A DNA stretch of 61,770 bases, the filler included, from Choristocarpus tenellus KU-1152 (lineage: Eukaryota; Protista; Phaeophyceae), in NCBI GenBank assembly GCA_964200185.2. It is 13 parts of 13 records of this genome, joined end to end, with 100 filler letters (N's around TTAATTAATTAA, not from the genome) between each part and the next. Parts side by side here need not be neighbours in the genome. Positions count along the whole stretch, not along the records: positions 1 to 3,549 come from CAXNAD020019322.1; positions 3,650 to 8,902 come from CAXNAD020011346.1; positions 9,003 to 12,740 come from CAXNAD020018217.1; 10 more parts are not named here. One strand, given 5' to 3'. Positions 1-12,740 of this stretch are shown in pieces. A program made the position numbers and the translations under genes. The notes under the pieces are model-generated. The model was not told the origin of the DNA and did not search any database. It worked only from the letters and a program-made list of their open reading frames with translations. Every line of letters starts with the position of its first letter. Within the stretch, counting starts at the first letter, position 1.

Positions 1-3000
1 ACCTTTATCATTGAATATACAAATAGACTGGATTGAATTGTTGTGATTGACAAAATCCTTTTTTTTTGTGTCTGCCCATATCTTTATGTGTATATGCCTG
101 TGTTTCTTCACGTGTTTATGTATGTGCTTGTCTGAGGATTAGTATCCAAAGCACAAATGTTACTGATCATGGGGGGTGCTGTGTACAGTTCTAGCAGTAC
201 TCATGGAACTACTCCACAGTCCAAAAAAATCTAAGTACAAGAGCAACTTGCTTGATAGTATGGTGACATCGCTGCTAATATATGTTTTTATAAACAAAAG
301 TTTGAAAAAATCCTTCTCATTGGATGTAGTAAGACTTAAATACTAGATTCGATTGAAAGCATATTCAAGCAATACATATATGTATATAATCTTCTCTAAA
401 TGGGCAGTGGGATGCCTATAATCTATATGCTTATGTAACTGGCTTGCTCTTCATGGCAATCTTCTCTCAACAGCTTTGTGCTTCAAAGTATAGATCCTGA
501 CAAGGATGAGTCTGAGAATTGATACTTCGGTCGTTACAAACTGTTGGGTCAAGTTATTTATGGTATGTGGAAAGATGGGATGAGGTTTTCACCTGCTTCA
601 CTAATATGTTCCCATAGTGAAAACTACAGGTCTATTTTGTCTCATCCGGAGAGTTTCTCTAGGTTTTATCTTTCCCTCCATTCTGTGTATTATTTTATAT
701 TGCTTTGACACTGGAATTATGGGGGAGGTGGTTTAGAGAGTCCATATAATTTAGTAAGTGCCATTTTTTTAGTGGTTTGATGGGTAGGGCACTGAGATTT
801 TACGTATTCATTTACTGTAGTGGGTAGGTTCTAGTAAGACGACGGGGGAGAACAGAGGAGATGTGTAGGAGGAAGAGATTCTTATGGTGAGGAAGGAGGC
901 AACGATGAGAAGAAGGAAGACAAAAATTTTACGGGGGTAGGTGGTTTGCCTGAATGTAGTAGTAGGTGGTAGTTGGGGATGAGATGTGGGCACTGTAAGG
1001 TAATTTGGTTGCCTCTCAGGTTTAGTGTAATCCATTTTCACATTGGCGAAATCTACCTTGTATACTGAGCACTGTTGGTGCAATGAAGTCATGGTTGGAG
1101 TTAATTGGAGCAGAGGCGATGCAAATGGCGGGAGAAGCGGAGAATAGAATACGTGCAGATATGCTCAGGAGGGAATCGTAGGAGCTTGGGTGATTGGAAT
1201 TGTGGCGGGTCACCTACCGTATTCTGAGCATGTTGTAACTCATTCGACAAGGTGGCGTGTTCAGCCTGGCCCACCCTGGAGCAGCCAGAAAGGTCACAGA
1301 AGCCCTGGTAGGCAGAGCTCCACATGCCCCTCGTGGGTCTCAGGAACGTACGCTTCTGGTGGGGGTTATCAAGAGCTTCTGTCTGTCCCATAACCTGATC
1401 CATGGGATGGTGAGATCTCGGAAAATGAATAACTCGAAAGGCAAATGGAGAGTCGAAATCACAGCACAGGTAGGCAAGGCAGCAAGGACAGGAAACTCGC
1501 TACGACTGTAAGGGGGTGCCACAGCCTACGAAGTGAGAAATCTGTTGTCTGTGCGACGTTGGGAAATCTTTTGCCAAATACCGTGGTGAGGCCAATAGTT
1601 CGTACATGTAACACGATCGGATCCACACCTTGCCGTAGCTGTTGCGTACCAAGGCAAGCATCAGTGTCCCCAGAAATAGACATCGGGCAACTAAATTCAT
1701 ACTGAACCTGTATCTGGGTGCGACGTACAAAGGCGAAAACGAGGATGGGTGCAAGAATCGTCTTTAGGAACCACCAGGCTGTCTCGACCTCCAGATTCTG
1801 GAAATAATAAGTGTTGGCATTACACAACCCACCTCGTACGTTTCCTCTTATTACGAGATGGAAGGTACATCTATCTGTACGCCTCGGGCCGTGAATGCAT
1901 ACACGACACCAGCACTGCCTTTGCACTGAGAGAGTACTTCTTTCCCGTTGGTCTTAAATTGCGTGGTGGGGTTTCCTTTTCCACTCTCGGTTTTGGTGTA
2001 ACCGCTGTCTGTCTATGGTATTCATTCATTGTATTTATTTCAGATTTTTTGTTAGGAAGTGAGATATCAAAGTATAAACCTGATGCATCACCCTTGTCAT
2101 TATTTATCTTGTTTTCAATTGGGTGAAGATTGATTCTTCAAGAGGACGGAAACAACAGCAAAATGAACTGTCGTCTTTACCATAGTTTTGCACCTTCAAC
2201 CACTGTACATTTATCAAAAGGTTTGTCACTCCTGTCCACATACATCCTAACTCCGCCTTCTTTTGTTAGTTCTACGTTTTGGTAGACTTGGTCGAGTGCT
2301 GATCTCCACTCCTTCCTCCAAGGAGGAAATACATTTTCTGACATTATATACGTTGTACGTGCGTACTTCATTCACACTCTTACGTCGTACTTTTTCGAGA
2401 ACTATTCATTCGATCTTCTCGTAAAGACCAAGAACAAGTCCCATCATCACAACAATCAATACCAATACCATCCCACAACACATTCAAATTCTCTTTTCTT
2501 TATAAAATTATATTTATTCTACCAAATTGCTTTCTTTTTCCTTCGTGCAACATCTCAGATGCCACATTTTATAGTATTCAAGCAAATGTGATTTGGCTAT
2601 TAACCATGTGAAGTGTATTTTCTGTGGCTCTATGTAGGACTAATTGTACTATGTACATTGATTGTTTGTGTTAGACTGTTTTCCTACCTTGCCAGTATTT
2701 GGTGAGAAATGGGACTCTCTGAAAAAATATCGTCGTCAGGATACCCTCACATCACGAACGTCCAAACCAGACAACTGTTTTCGATTTGGTTATTGATTTC
2801 CTTGTCCTTAACCATAACCAACCCTGTTCCTTTACTCATGCTCTTGTTTGAAATTTGAAATGAATACCTTAGGATTCCCCAACACAACACATCAGTCCCA
2901 CAACAGGACAACAGCCCCAAATTAGGATACTCTGCTCTATTCAACCTTCACACGCTCTCTTTTCCGTGTGCCTAGTACACCATCGCTGAGATTGGTAAGC

Positions 3001-3549
3001 ATAGCAAGTTCATCGATTGTGCCAAGACCAGCAATGTTGTAAGGTACCCACTGTGCCTGTCAAAACACTTCATTGAGTGAGAGAATCCGTGAGAGCTTTC
3101 CAAAGTGGTATGCTATTACTCGTATTTCACCATGCACCCCTGGCTGCACGTGGCACACTGGTAGTCTCTTTCATCATGGTTGCAGGATTTAATCTTTCCT
3201 TGCATTGTCCATGAGTGGGAGATTCCGAAGGGTGAGATCGTGTCCCACCCAAGAAAGCGCACAAGCATGGATATAATCAGCAAATTGTCTGTTGACCAGG
3301 CATACAACCTCTTCGGTTTCAAGGTTGGATGGAGATTTAAAGTGACTGAAGGGGGCTCTAGATATACCAGGAGAGATACCACACGGTTAACAGGAGGTAG
3401 TACGATGGCAAGCATCAGTTGAGTTTGCTGACAGTAGAGAGCCAAATCAATCAGAGGTAGGCAGGGTAGCATTTTAAGGATTTATGGAGAAAAAGCAAAA
3501 TACGCAGTTTTGTACTATTCCAGAAAGGGGTCAAAGTATCTGGGGGGGG

Positions 3550-3649
3550 NNNNNNNNNNNNNNNNNNNNNNNNNNNNNNNNNNNNNNNNNNNNTTAATTA
3601 ATTAANNNNNNNNNNNNNNNNNNNNNNNNNNNNNNNNNNNNNNNNNNNN
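3550..3649. other. Artificial contig linker (44 N + TTAATTAATTAA + 44 N); first of 12
   Basis: Identical 100-bp cassettes with stops in all six frames at 3550-3649, 8903-9002, 12741-12840, 17765-17864, 21481-21580, 29039-29138, 32799-32898, 36285-36384, 43303-43402, 49121-49220, 53935-54034 and 56658-56757. Confidence 0.98.
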
Positions 3650-4435
3650 GGGAGTGACCCTCGCAAGATAGCCTAGACAGGAGGAGAGGGACCAGGAGTT
3701 GAGGAGACATGCCACCTGTTGTTTGCCCTCCATCTCGCTGAGGTGTGTGGCCAAAGTTCGTGTCCCAGAGCTCTCAATCACCTCAGCCATATGGGTTTGG
3801 ATAAAGTCATATGTTCCCACGGGAGCCTCCAACGTGACAAAACCATTGGGGTTCTGGGCTAGGTGTATTCCTGCGGCAGAAAGAGACCCAAAGTACCTGG
3901 GGGGGGGGGGGGGGGGGGGGTACCCCCCGGCGGGCGGGTTTGNNNNNNNNNNGGGTGAGGCGGCGCGTGCGGATCGGCAGGTAGGGGCGGTCGGGGGGGG
4001 GGTGGGATGGGTAGGGGCGGCGGTCTACACCAGAGGGTCCATTTGGTCTAAAACCAGGAAAAGTGAACTTTCATTATCTATCCGATGTATGGAACCAAAT
4101 CACCCAAAAATCGCGACATGAAAAAATTGGCCTCAAATGGACAGCCGCCACCCCCCCTAGATACTTTGAGTCAGAAGCTCCAGTTCTGAGGGCGTGGGTT
4201 GGTGGCCCAGGGGAGGTGCGACAAAGGTCTTGTCCATATTTAAGTCTATGCCTACCTCACGAAAGCAGCTATGGTGTTAGGGCTGATCATCCTTGTAGAT
4301 ATGGACGTGTCATCCAGAAAGCTTCGGGAGGAAATCCCTTGGGGTCCAAATACTGATTGGACCTGTTGTAAAGGCCTTGTGTGTTGCTATGAAATGTAAG
4401 AGGGGGCCCAGTGGGTCTCTCTATTGTGCCCCAGA
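3650..4435 (-). mobile_element. Degenerate CRE-like non-LTR retrotransposon, reverse transcriptase fragment (interrupted by a MITE)
   Basis: Minus-strand frames give GAQ*RDPLGPLL (QGDPLGP motif), SFLDD (catalytic YxDD), GIDLNMDKT, then GFVTLEAPVGTYDF...CLLNSWSLSSCLGYLARVTP (thumb region typical of CRE-like RTs). Stops and frameshifts are present. Confidence 0.8.
3885..4172. mobile_element. MITE family B (poly-G internal), full copy
   Basis: TIRs GACCCAAAGTACCT / AGATACTTTGAGTC, flanked by AGA/AGA. Removing the element plus 3 bp restores the RT frame (ELLSAAGIH). Internal similarity to 7769-7948 and 32899-33091. Confidence 0.85.
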
Positions 4436-4654
4436 TCTTGATGGCAGGACCTTCAACACGACTTATGATAATATCTCACTGTGTATCTATTTACTATGAT
4501 ACCCAGCAGCAGTTCTCGGCGGTGAGTCTTTATACACGAAGCTTTACAACACGCTTAAGCAACATACAGTATATTCTCTAGCTAGAGGAAGCGCAGCTAG
4601 GACTGGAATGGCAGGGTATTAGACTGACTCGTTGCCTCAGCGGGGTTCCAAACT

Positions 4655-4790
4655 ATGCTCCTCCAATTGTTGGACGACAATTATGACAACTACTTCTCCA
4701 CGATGAATCCCTTCTTGGGCATGAAGGGCAACACTGACCAAGCCCTGGAGGATAGGGATGACCTTCTTCAGTATTTTGGGAAGGGAGAGA
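4655..4790 (+). mobile_element. Possible Copia gag N-terminal remnant
   Basis: LLDDNYDNYFSTMNPFLGMKG...ALED resembles the L-x-G/D-x-NY-x2-W-x3-M start of Copia gag. No further domains seen. Confidence 0.3.
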
Positions 4791-5863
4791 GGATGAGAGT
4801 CATGATTCAACGGGATGCTTGTTCTAGATATGTTCCTTACAGGGGGAGGCAGGAAACTGCAGGGAAACAGGGAGTGTTCTCATTGCTAAGGCTATAAAAG
4901 GTCAATCAAGGTAGTGGCCATAGCACGACTGGATATCTTGCAAACCCTATTGTGCGACAGGATCCCACGCCACGCATGATACTGCAGGATCTTGTGTTGA
5001 CACCGCTAGATCTCGTGTCAACACGGGCAGGTCTCACATGCAAAAAAATGCAACAAGTGTGGACTGCTAAAACATCACAGTCTGTATTCTTTTAAAGGAA
5101 GGTGCTTAAATATATGACGATAGGAGGCACCTGCAGTAAATTTGTCGTCTAGGGAGGGTGATCCCTGCCCAAACAGGCGGAAGTGTTCGCTGGGTCAGGG
5201 ATGGGGTCCAGCAAGAAAAATAGAGGTGAAATAAGATTTAAGGCTACTTTGGTTACGTAGCCAACAAAAATCAGGTGGGAGTGTCTGGTGTGGAGATAAA
5301 GTGCTTTGATTCGAGGTGTTCCAAAAGCGTGACTAATGAAACAACGCACATGTACAATTTCAGAACATCTCGTGATGGTCACCTGATGATATAGATACGG
5401 ATGACTCATTATTACCCATTGAGGGGCATGGTAGGCTTGACCTAAACCCTAAAGTAGGTCATATGATGAGTGGGTATATGTTTTTTTGGGGTTCTGCTGC
5501 TCTTGTCCCGACTATATTATTTTACTATTATGCCCATTCTGACACTTTGCAGACGTTTCAGCCAATGAAAGAATCAACTTAATATTAGAACAACCCCTCA
5601 AAAAGCAACAGTTGTCGTAAATGTGGAAGACATTTTCTATTTACTATCTACTATTTTACTACCAGCTATGCTGCGCCACTACCCTCCTATACCTCCAACC
5701 TAGCTTAGCCCTGCACCCCAGGGTGAGGAGCTAGGGAAGCATCCCAAAAATCTAACAAGCCCCTCCTTGCCCATTTCCCTGGTGTCTCCAGCTCAAAACG
5801 CATGACACGTCTTGATGGAGCCACTTGTGTTGTGACGGATACTATCTGTCGTAAACGGGTTTT

Positions 5864-6122
5864 GAGTGGAAGTATCTTAGAGGGTAGAGCCGCGTCTATT
5901 TGGGGGCAAGAATCCAATGTTGTGATTTCGATGTAATTTTGGCTATCGTGTTTGTTAGGAAGTGTCAATATCCTTGTTGCGGACACACCTTTTCATAACG
6001 TATACATTTTATCTACTCCGAAATATTTACGAGTAGGAAAATGTCCTTAAACAATCCGAGGGAAGCCAAGCCCCAAATGGACAAACAGGGCAAAACTCGT
6101 ACCCTCTAAGATACTTTCACTC
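5864..6122. mobile_element. MITE family A (~259 bp), full copy
   Basis: ~23-bp TIR GAGTGGAAGTATCTTAGAGGGTA / TACCCTCTAAGATACTTTCACTC and TSD TTTT. Removing element + 4 bp restores the host CRE frame (FKTRL). Confidence 0.92.
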
Positions 6123-6729
6123 TTTTGAAAGCTCCTTTACTGCTTTAGCCTCCTGCCCCTCTCCCCCCTTCCATGTGCGTAGCCAACCTATCCAGACAAC
6201 TCTCTCCTTGCTTACCGAGGCGCCCAAACTTTCCTCCGCGAAGGTGTTGAAGTTGTAACTACGAGAGTCAAAAGAACCCTCGTAGTGGGTGCGCTTTTGC
6301 GCCTCAGCTGCTGCAGCTGCTACGCCATTTGCTGGTGGATGAGTGTGGTAGATGGGAGGCTGCTTGCACTTCTGCAAACATAACATCTAGAAGGAGGCCT
6401 TTGTCCCGGTAGGAGCTGATTTGGCGTCCGCGAGTGCCCCAGTATGGGAGACCAGATCCATGCGGAAATTTCGGTCCACTCTGCATGGGCTTCCGTCCTC
6501 CATAGTGCAAGGGATGCCTATTCCTTTGCAGAGTTGACCTAGACTCACATCACGATTGATGTGCGTTGGTGGACCTGTCCTCCTGCCCTGGGGCAGGTAC
6601 GAGCATGTCTAGTGTCCACATTTTGCCTCCTGCACCCAGCCACTGGACACCTGTTGGATAGGGACTCCTCCTTCCCTAGGGATCTGCTGGCGGTGAGTCT
6701 AAACACTCTCTGGAAGGGATCTGGCATTT

Positions 6730-6987
6730 GAGTCACAGTATCTTAGAGGGTAAAGCCGCGTCCATTTGGGACCAAAATCCAATGTTGCAATTTAGATGTA
6801 ATTTCGGCTATCATGTTTGTTAGGAGATATCAATACCCTTGTTCCGGACACACCTTTTCATAACGTATACATATTACCTACTCCGAAACATTTTTGAGTA
6901 GGTGACATCTCATTAAAACCTCGTGGGAAGCCAAGCCCCAAACGGACAAAAAGAGAAAAACTCGTACCCTCTAAGATACTTTCACTC
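6730..6987. mobile_element. MITE family A, full copy
   Basis: Closely similar to 5864-6122, with TSD ATTT/ATTT. Removal restores the CRE frame (SRTKMPD). Confidence 0.92.
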
Positions 6988-7768
6988 ATTTTTGTTCTGG
7001 ACAAGGGTTGTGTGGAAGCCCATGCATTTGCCCCTTGTCCACACTGGCTCCGGTGGCAAGCCAGGGCTAGCGAGGAACTTACTTCCCTTGTTGAGCCTTG
7101 TCAGGTAAGTGGACGAATTGCATCCAGAAAGAGTCGAATCGGATCCTGTTTTTAGGACACCGGTGATCTCGTGTTGTACCCTCCTTGTTATCCTGGTGTC
7201 ATGGTCATGTCATCTATATTATCGTTCAATTATATGGATGGTGGTAATGGGAAGGTATCTCTGGCATTTCTGTGGTGTGGTACTGTCGTAATTGCTGTTG
7301 AAGTGTTTCTTACATATCGACGTTATGGTATACATATCTTGCAGTCAGCCCTGTTGTAATATTCTCACGGTACGGTAAAACGTCTAAACAACGTAGTCAG
7401 ATCTGCGGTAATCATTACCATGACGAGCCTTGATTGAATTTCTCTACAGAATCAAACTCCCATGCTGATATACGTGCATTTACTTTTGAAGTTACATGGT
7501 ACAGTAGTGTTCAGAACAAGGTATCATGTTGTGTTCAGGTTGAATCCGACTATCGTGGTAAGATCGATGTTTGGATGTGGAACCGTTGGTTGTCCGTTTC
7601 TTCAGATGTTGCATGGGTTGAGGTGGTCTTGGCTAGCAATTCTCAGACGGGTTGTTTTGGTGGCATGCGATTTGCACTTGTATTAATATATTGACAATCC
7701 AACACTTTCACCATACTTGGATTAATGAGATGCTCAGCAAGGTGCTTCATTTCCCGTCTTGCCATGAA

Positions 7769-7948
7769 AGTTCAAAGTATCTGGGGGGGGTGGCGGCTGG
7801 CCATTTGGGGTCAATTTTTCATGTCGCGATTTTTGGATGATTTGGTTGCATACGTCGGATGGATAATGATGAAAGTGCATTTTTCCTGGTTTTGGTCCAA
7901 ATGGACACCATGGTGTGGACAGCCCCCCTTCACAAGATACTTTGGGTC
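7769..7948. mobile_element. MITE family B, full copy
   Basis: AGTTCAAAGTATCTGGGGG ... AGATACTTTGGGTC, flanked by TGAA/TGAA. Confidence 0.85.
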
Positions 7949-9002
7949 TGAAGCGGTTGTGATTGACAGATGTATATCCTTTGTATTAACGGCCCACTTG
8001 CTCACTATTTCCCTTGTTCTGTGCATCACCCTAAAACAGCACTTCAATGATCAGCTGGTTGCATCATGTGAGAGTGACCAGTGTGGAGATGTAAGGGTTG
8101 TGCTGGACTCTCTGGGAGAACGAAGGAGAAGATAAAAGATGTCTTTTATCATTTGCGTGGAGGTGGTTTCCTTTTGGTATATCTTTGTCCCTTTTTCAGC
8201 TTGAAACTTGGCAGATGAATTCATTTCTCTATGCACAGTCAAGGCCTTCATGCTGAGAAATGCATTTTCTGTTTCAATCTTACATGCGCAAAGTGTTCAG
8301 AACGAGCTACTATTTATCAATAGTGTTTAGTTTTAATCTTACTAAACTGGTAGGATCGATACTGGATGTGAAAGCCTTGGTTGCCTTTTCCCGAGATGTG
8401 GATAGCTTTATTGAGAGCTCATGAAATATGGGACTCGTGGCCACGCTTGAAAATAGGAATTTGGTTCGCCATAAGGATTATTCACCCAGTAAAATGGGAC
8501 ACTCTCTCGGAACCAGTCACTAACGGTGCTAAGTCAGATTGCATCACTGCCTCTACTGTACTCAAGTTTACTCTATGTGATAAAATAAGTCATTGTTCTG
8601 TCCTACTAGGCTATACAAAACCGATCATGGATTTGTCACTCAGTGCTGTATGCTTGTACCATCACTCACAAGAGAATAGTTTACTGTGACACCCTCCTCC
8701 CCTTCGTCATAAAGTAAATGCAATATACACAAACACCCAATCGCAGCACAGGTAGTGCTTTGGCAAATTCATCTAAAACATCACATGCTGCCTAAAACGT
8801 TCACAGGCAGATTCTTGGATCAACATATCTGTGCAAAATAGGAAAATTGTGAGGTGTACCTTATTTTGTGTATATGAGATTATTGTGTTGAATTGATTCC
8901 ATNNNNNNNNNNNNNNNNNNNNNNNNNNNNNNNNNNNNNNNNNNNNTTAATTAATTAANNNNNNNNNNNNNNNNNNNNNNNNNNNNNNNNNNNNNNNNNN
9001 NN

Positions 9003-9081
9003 CCAAAATTACACCAAAATCGCAACATTTGATTTTGGCCCCCAAATGGACGCGGCTCTACCCTCTAAGATACTTTGGCCC
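9003..9081. mobile_element. MITE family A end, abutting Copia gag at contig start
   Basis: ...GGACGCGGCTCTACCCTCTAAGATACTTTGGCCC matches the family A terminus. Confidence 0.85.
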
Positions 9082-12000
9082 GTTCCTCCTTCTACAAACG
9101 GCGAAGGGGTCTGCATCAACAATAGTGGCGAAATACGAAAATGGAGGTCAACCAGACGGCAGAGGGGCATGGTTAGAACTAGAAGGAGTCTACAGTGGAC
9201 GCGCAGAGGACGAGATCCCCGTACAAGTCATCACCTTGGAGGCGAAACTCCAAGAATTACGGTGCACGGCGTCTCAGGACAGCACCGATTTTGTCGTTAA
9301 ACTCGAACAGCTATTTTTGGAATTCAAGGAGCTCAAGGAGCCCAAATCCGAAAACATGAAGAGGGCATCTATACTGCTTGGGATCAAGGAAGCGATGCCA
9401 CATGTGTTCGTGCAATTAATAACGCGCCCGGAAATCAGCTATGAGGAGCTCAAACGGGCAGTCATCTCGTCGACGACTTATCTTCACTCGGGTCAAGATG
9501 GTCATGATGGGGTATTGGCAGTGCATGGCAATGTAATGAACGGCCATGCTCGGAAGACCAGGGGATCAGCTGGAAGCGGCCTCAAATCAAACAATGTGGA
9601 TATTGCTTAAAGATGAACCATCGATGGCAGAATTGTTACTCATACTTCTAAAGGGAAGCCACCTGCAACACGTCCTCGCCTGGGATGGCACCCGCAACAT
9701 TTCCGCCACCTCGAACTCGTGGGAGCAGCAACAAAGTCGATGGAAACCAAGCGCGCTCCTTCTCCACTTTCAAGGTGACAGCAGACGAGGAGGTTAACAG
9801 AAGTGCTGTGTTCAACTCCTCCAGTGGAAGACAAGTCAAGATATTTTGTGACTCTGGAGCAAACGTACATCTTACACCTGATCGTGAAGATCTCGTAAGC
9901 ACTCAGGATACCAAATGCACATGCACCTTTGGAAACAATGGGAAATTAGAAGAGAAGGAAACTAGGGATATGGTTCTAATGGTGACGGACAAGGACGGCA
10001 AACCAACAAGTGGTTCTGAAGGATGTTCTATGGGTTCCAGGTCTACCATGCCGCATATTGAGTACTGGAAGTATACGACGGAATGGAGGGGAGTTTATGG
10101 ATTCAGGAACAAAAGAAATTTATCTGAGGGCCTCCAAAAATTCGCCTAAGATAAACCTACAAAAGTCGGGGGGGTTCTTAAATTTAACTGGAACCATAAT
10201 CTCCATGGAACAAGAATCGAGAGCCAGCGCTGCACGAGCCAACCAAAAGCAGAGGCTGACATTGAGGGACTGGCACAACATATTGGGACACATCAACCCA
10301 TCAGCAATGAAGCATCTCGAGAAACGTGGACCTCTAGAAATCACCGACGCTACTGTGGCATCAGAACTGCAATGCAAGACCTGCAAGGAATGCAAGTCCG
10401 AGGCCCTAAGTTATCAACGGGGTGGCAGGACCCCCAAGCAGCCCGACAAGGTTATCCACACAGATTTGGCGGGACCTTTTAAAGCAGACATCACTGGTCA
10501 CCAATATTTTCAGGTGTTTGTTGAAGAGAGCAGCCGAGACAAGAGGGTGTATGGATTGAAAACGAAAAACGCAGCGACGGACGCAACCGCTGCTTATATC
10601 AACCAGATGGCCAGGGAAGGTATACCAGTCAAATTAATCAGTGGGGATGGTGCTGGCAAGCTTGGGTGATTGTTGAAGTTCCAAAGGATGCTGGCGAACA
10701 ACGGTACCCAACGGAGGAAATCTCCACCGAGAATACCACAGAGCAACAGAATCGCCGAAAGGGCGATAAAGCAACTCATGGGGGCAGCAAGGAGTCAACT
10801 GGCAAAGGCTGGGCTGGGTGATGAGTATTGGTTCTTTCCCATCACGGACGTCGCCTTCAAGACTGGAGGCATGCCACGCGAATACCTGGGTGGAGAGACA
10901 CCATGCGAGCGTCTAACAGGTAAAACTTTCAACCACGATAGGCTTCGGGCCTGGGGGAGCGAGTGCTATGTTCACCAGGACAAGCAGCAGATAGGAGCCG
11001 GTTCAAAATTTCACCCATACGCCAAGCGAGGTATAATCACGGGACACGACCGTACATCACTATGTTGGTACATCTGGCTTCCTCAAGAGGCCAAGTTGGT
11101 AATAGCCCACGTGACGTTTCAGCCAGACGAACACATCATGAACTTCGTGGGAGAGAGAGAGACCATGACTTCAACGGGTAATGAAGAGATTTCTGATACT
11201 GAAGACGGTTCTGATCGGGATTTCGATATTGCAGTCGATCCGATACCACAAGCTACAGCCATGAGCCAGAACTCGACAAGTTCACCTAGTGGACAACGAA
11301 GGTCAGCCAGGATAGCTGAACAACCCAGGGTGGACTACAGGGGTTTACACTCGGAGATACAGAAGAACTGGGAGAGAATATAGTGAATCTGCTCAGAACA
11401 AGCACGGATGATGCATACTGTTTGATGGGCATCGCAGGTGACATCTCAATAGGCCACCAAGAGCCATCGATCATCGCAGAAGTCCTCGCAGGGCCTGATG
11501 CAAAACACTGGAAAGAGGCAATGGAACAAGAAATGGAGAGCCAACGAAACAAAGGAACCTTCCATGAGGGAGAGAGTCTGCCCACCAGGGAAGAGACCTG
11601 TCAAAACAATATTCATATATAAAATCAAAAGGACAGCCTATGGAGACATTGAAAGATTTAAGGCCAGGCTGGTGGCATGGGGTTTTTCCCAACAAGAAGG
11701 GGTGGACTACTTCAGCACGTTCAGTCCAGTGGTGGGATTTGACGTGATTCAGGCAGTCCTGGCTACAACAGCTAACAGAAACTGGATCATCAACTCCCTA
11801 GACTTCACTCAAGCCTACCTGAACGCACCACTCCCTGAAGATGTATGACTACAACTGCTCAATGGATCCATCGTAAAAGCTGCCAGGGCCATCTATGGCC
11901 TTAAGCAATTAGCAATGGAGTGGTACAAGGAGCTCAAGGGAACAATCTTAGCTGAGGGGTGGAGTGTTAGCGACTTTGACGCCTGCCTATATGTGAAAAG

Positions 12001-12740
12001 GAGTGAAGATGGAAGGATCGCTATCCTTTTTCACTACGTGGATGACATCTCATTGACTGGAAACTTTCACGAGAACATAAAGAGGATGAAGAGCAATCTG
12101 CTTACCAAGTACAAAGGACAGTACCTCGGAACCCCGGACAAGTTAGTTGGGGTGGCAATCAACAGGGATGAGGCTGGCATCACACTAGACCAACATTTCT
12201 ATGCAGAGAGGATTGTTCGCGAAGGAATGGGATCCACAGAAGTACAGAGTACCTCATCACCCTTAAACCCAGGAATAGACCTGACCACAAGAAGAAATGA
12301 CGAGGAGGAGCTGGACCAGAGGTACAAACCTTACCGCACCATCCTGGGGAAACTTATGTTCCTAGCTGGGATGACACAACCAGACCTATCCTTCAGTGTA
12401 CGGGAACTGGGAAGATATGCAGCATCTCCCTGTGATCAACACTGGAAAGGACTACAACATATTCTATGATACCTAGCGGGCACCACGAAAGTAGGGATAC
12501 ACTATCCTGCTGGTGGTGAAATGGAAAATGGGGGCCTGGTCAGATATGGAGACTCAGACTGGGGCAATGACACTGCATCAAGGCGGAGCATGACAGGGTA
12601 TCTAATACTCATTAATGGAGCACCTGTTGCATGGAAATCCAAGATGCAGGGAGCTGTAACCACATCTTCATCAGAGGCGGAATGGACAGCGATGGTGCAT
12701 GGAATGAGGCATGCAATATTCCTCAGAGGCATCCTGGGGG
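9082..12740 (+). mobile_element. Ty1/Copia LTR retrotransposon gag-pol, degenerate
   Basis: Copia domain order: gag, protease IFCDSGANVHLT, GAG-pre-integrase WHNILGH..CKTC, integrase IHTDLAGP/ISGDGAG/NRIAERAIK, RT KARLVAWGFSQQEGVDYFSTFSPV and HYVDD, RNase H YGDSDWGND..SRRSMTGY..SSSEAEW. Several frameshifts and stops; LTRs lie outside the contig. Confidence 0.97.

Larger units (their letters stand above)
5515..7130 (-). mobile_element. CRE-like non-LTR retrotransposon 3' part: CCHC zinc finger, restriction-like endonuclease, 3' UTR and tail; interrupted by two MITEs
   Basis: RSQCGQGANAW..QP, CPVAGC...HARTC (CCHC), RMDLV, LLLDV, AAAAAEAQKRTHY, ESFGRLG, KTRLRQIVSVTTQV, stop at ~5705, then a UTR ending in an AAT-rich tail near 5515. 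Confidence 0.85.

Noticed and set aside
1200-1830. Faint DIRS/Ngaro-type RNase H-like motifs on the minus strand (ETAWW, ISGDTDA)
   Set aside because: Requires many frameshifts and is too weak to call without a profile search.
1860-2371. Long minus-strand frame with two stops that a short intron could remove
   Set aside because: No recognisable homology; cannot be supported.
3594-3605. Recurrent palindrome TTAATTAATTAA
   Set aside because: Always centred in 88 Ns; an artificial six-frame-stop scaffolding linker.
9029-9081. N-terminus of the 193-aa ORF (MILAPKWTRLYPLRYFG)
   Set aside because: Derived from the MITE end, not from gag. The same peptide (YPLRYF/KYLRG) recurs in several spurious ORFs.
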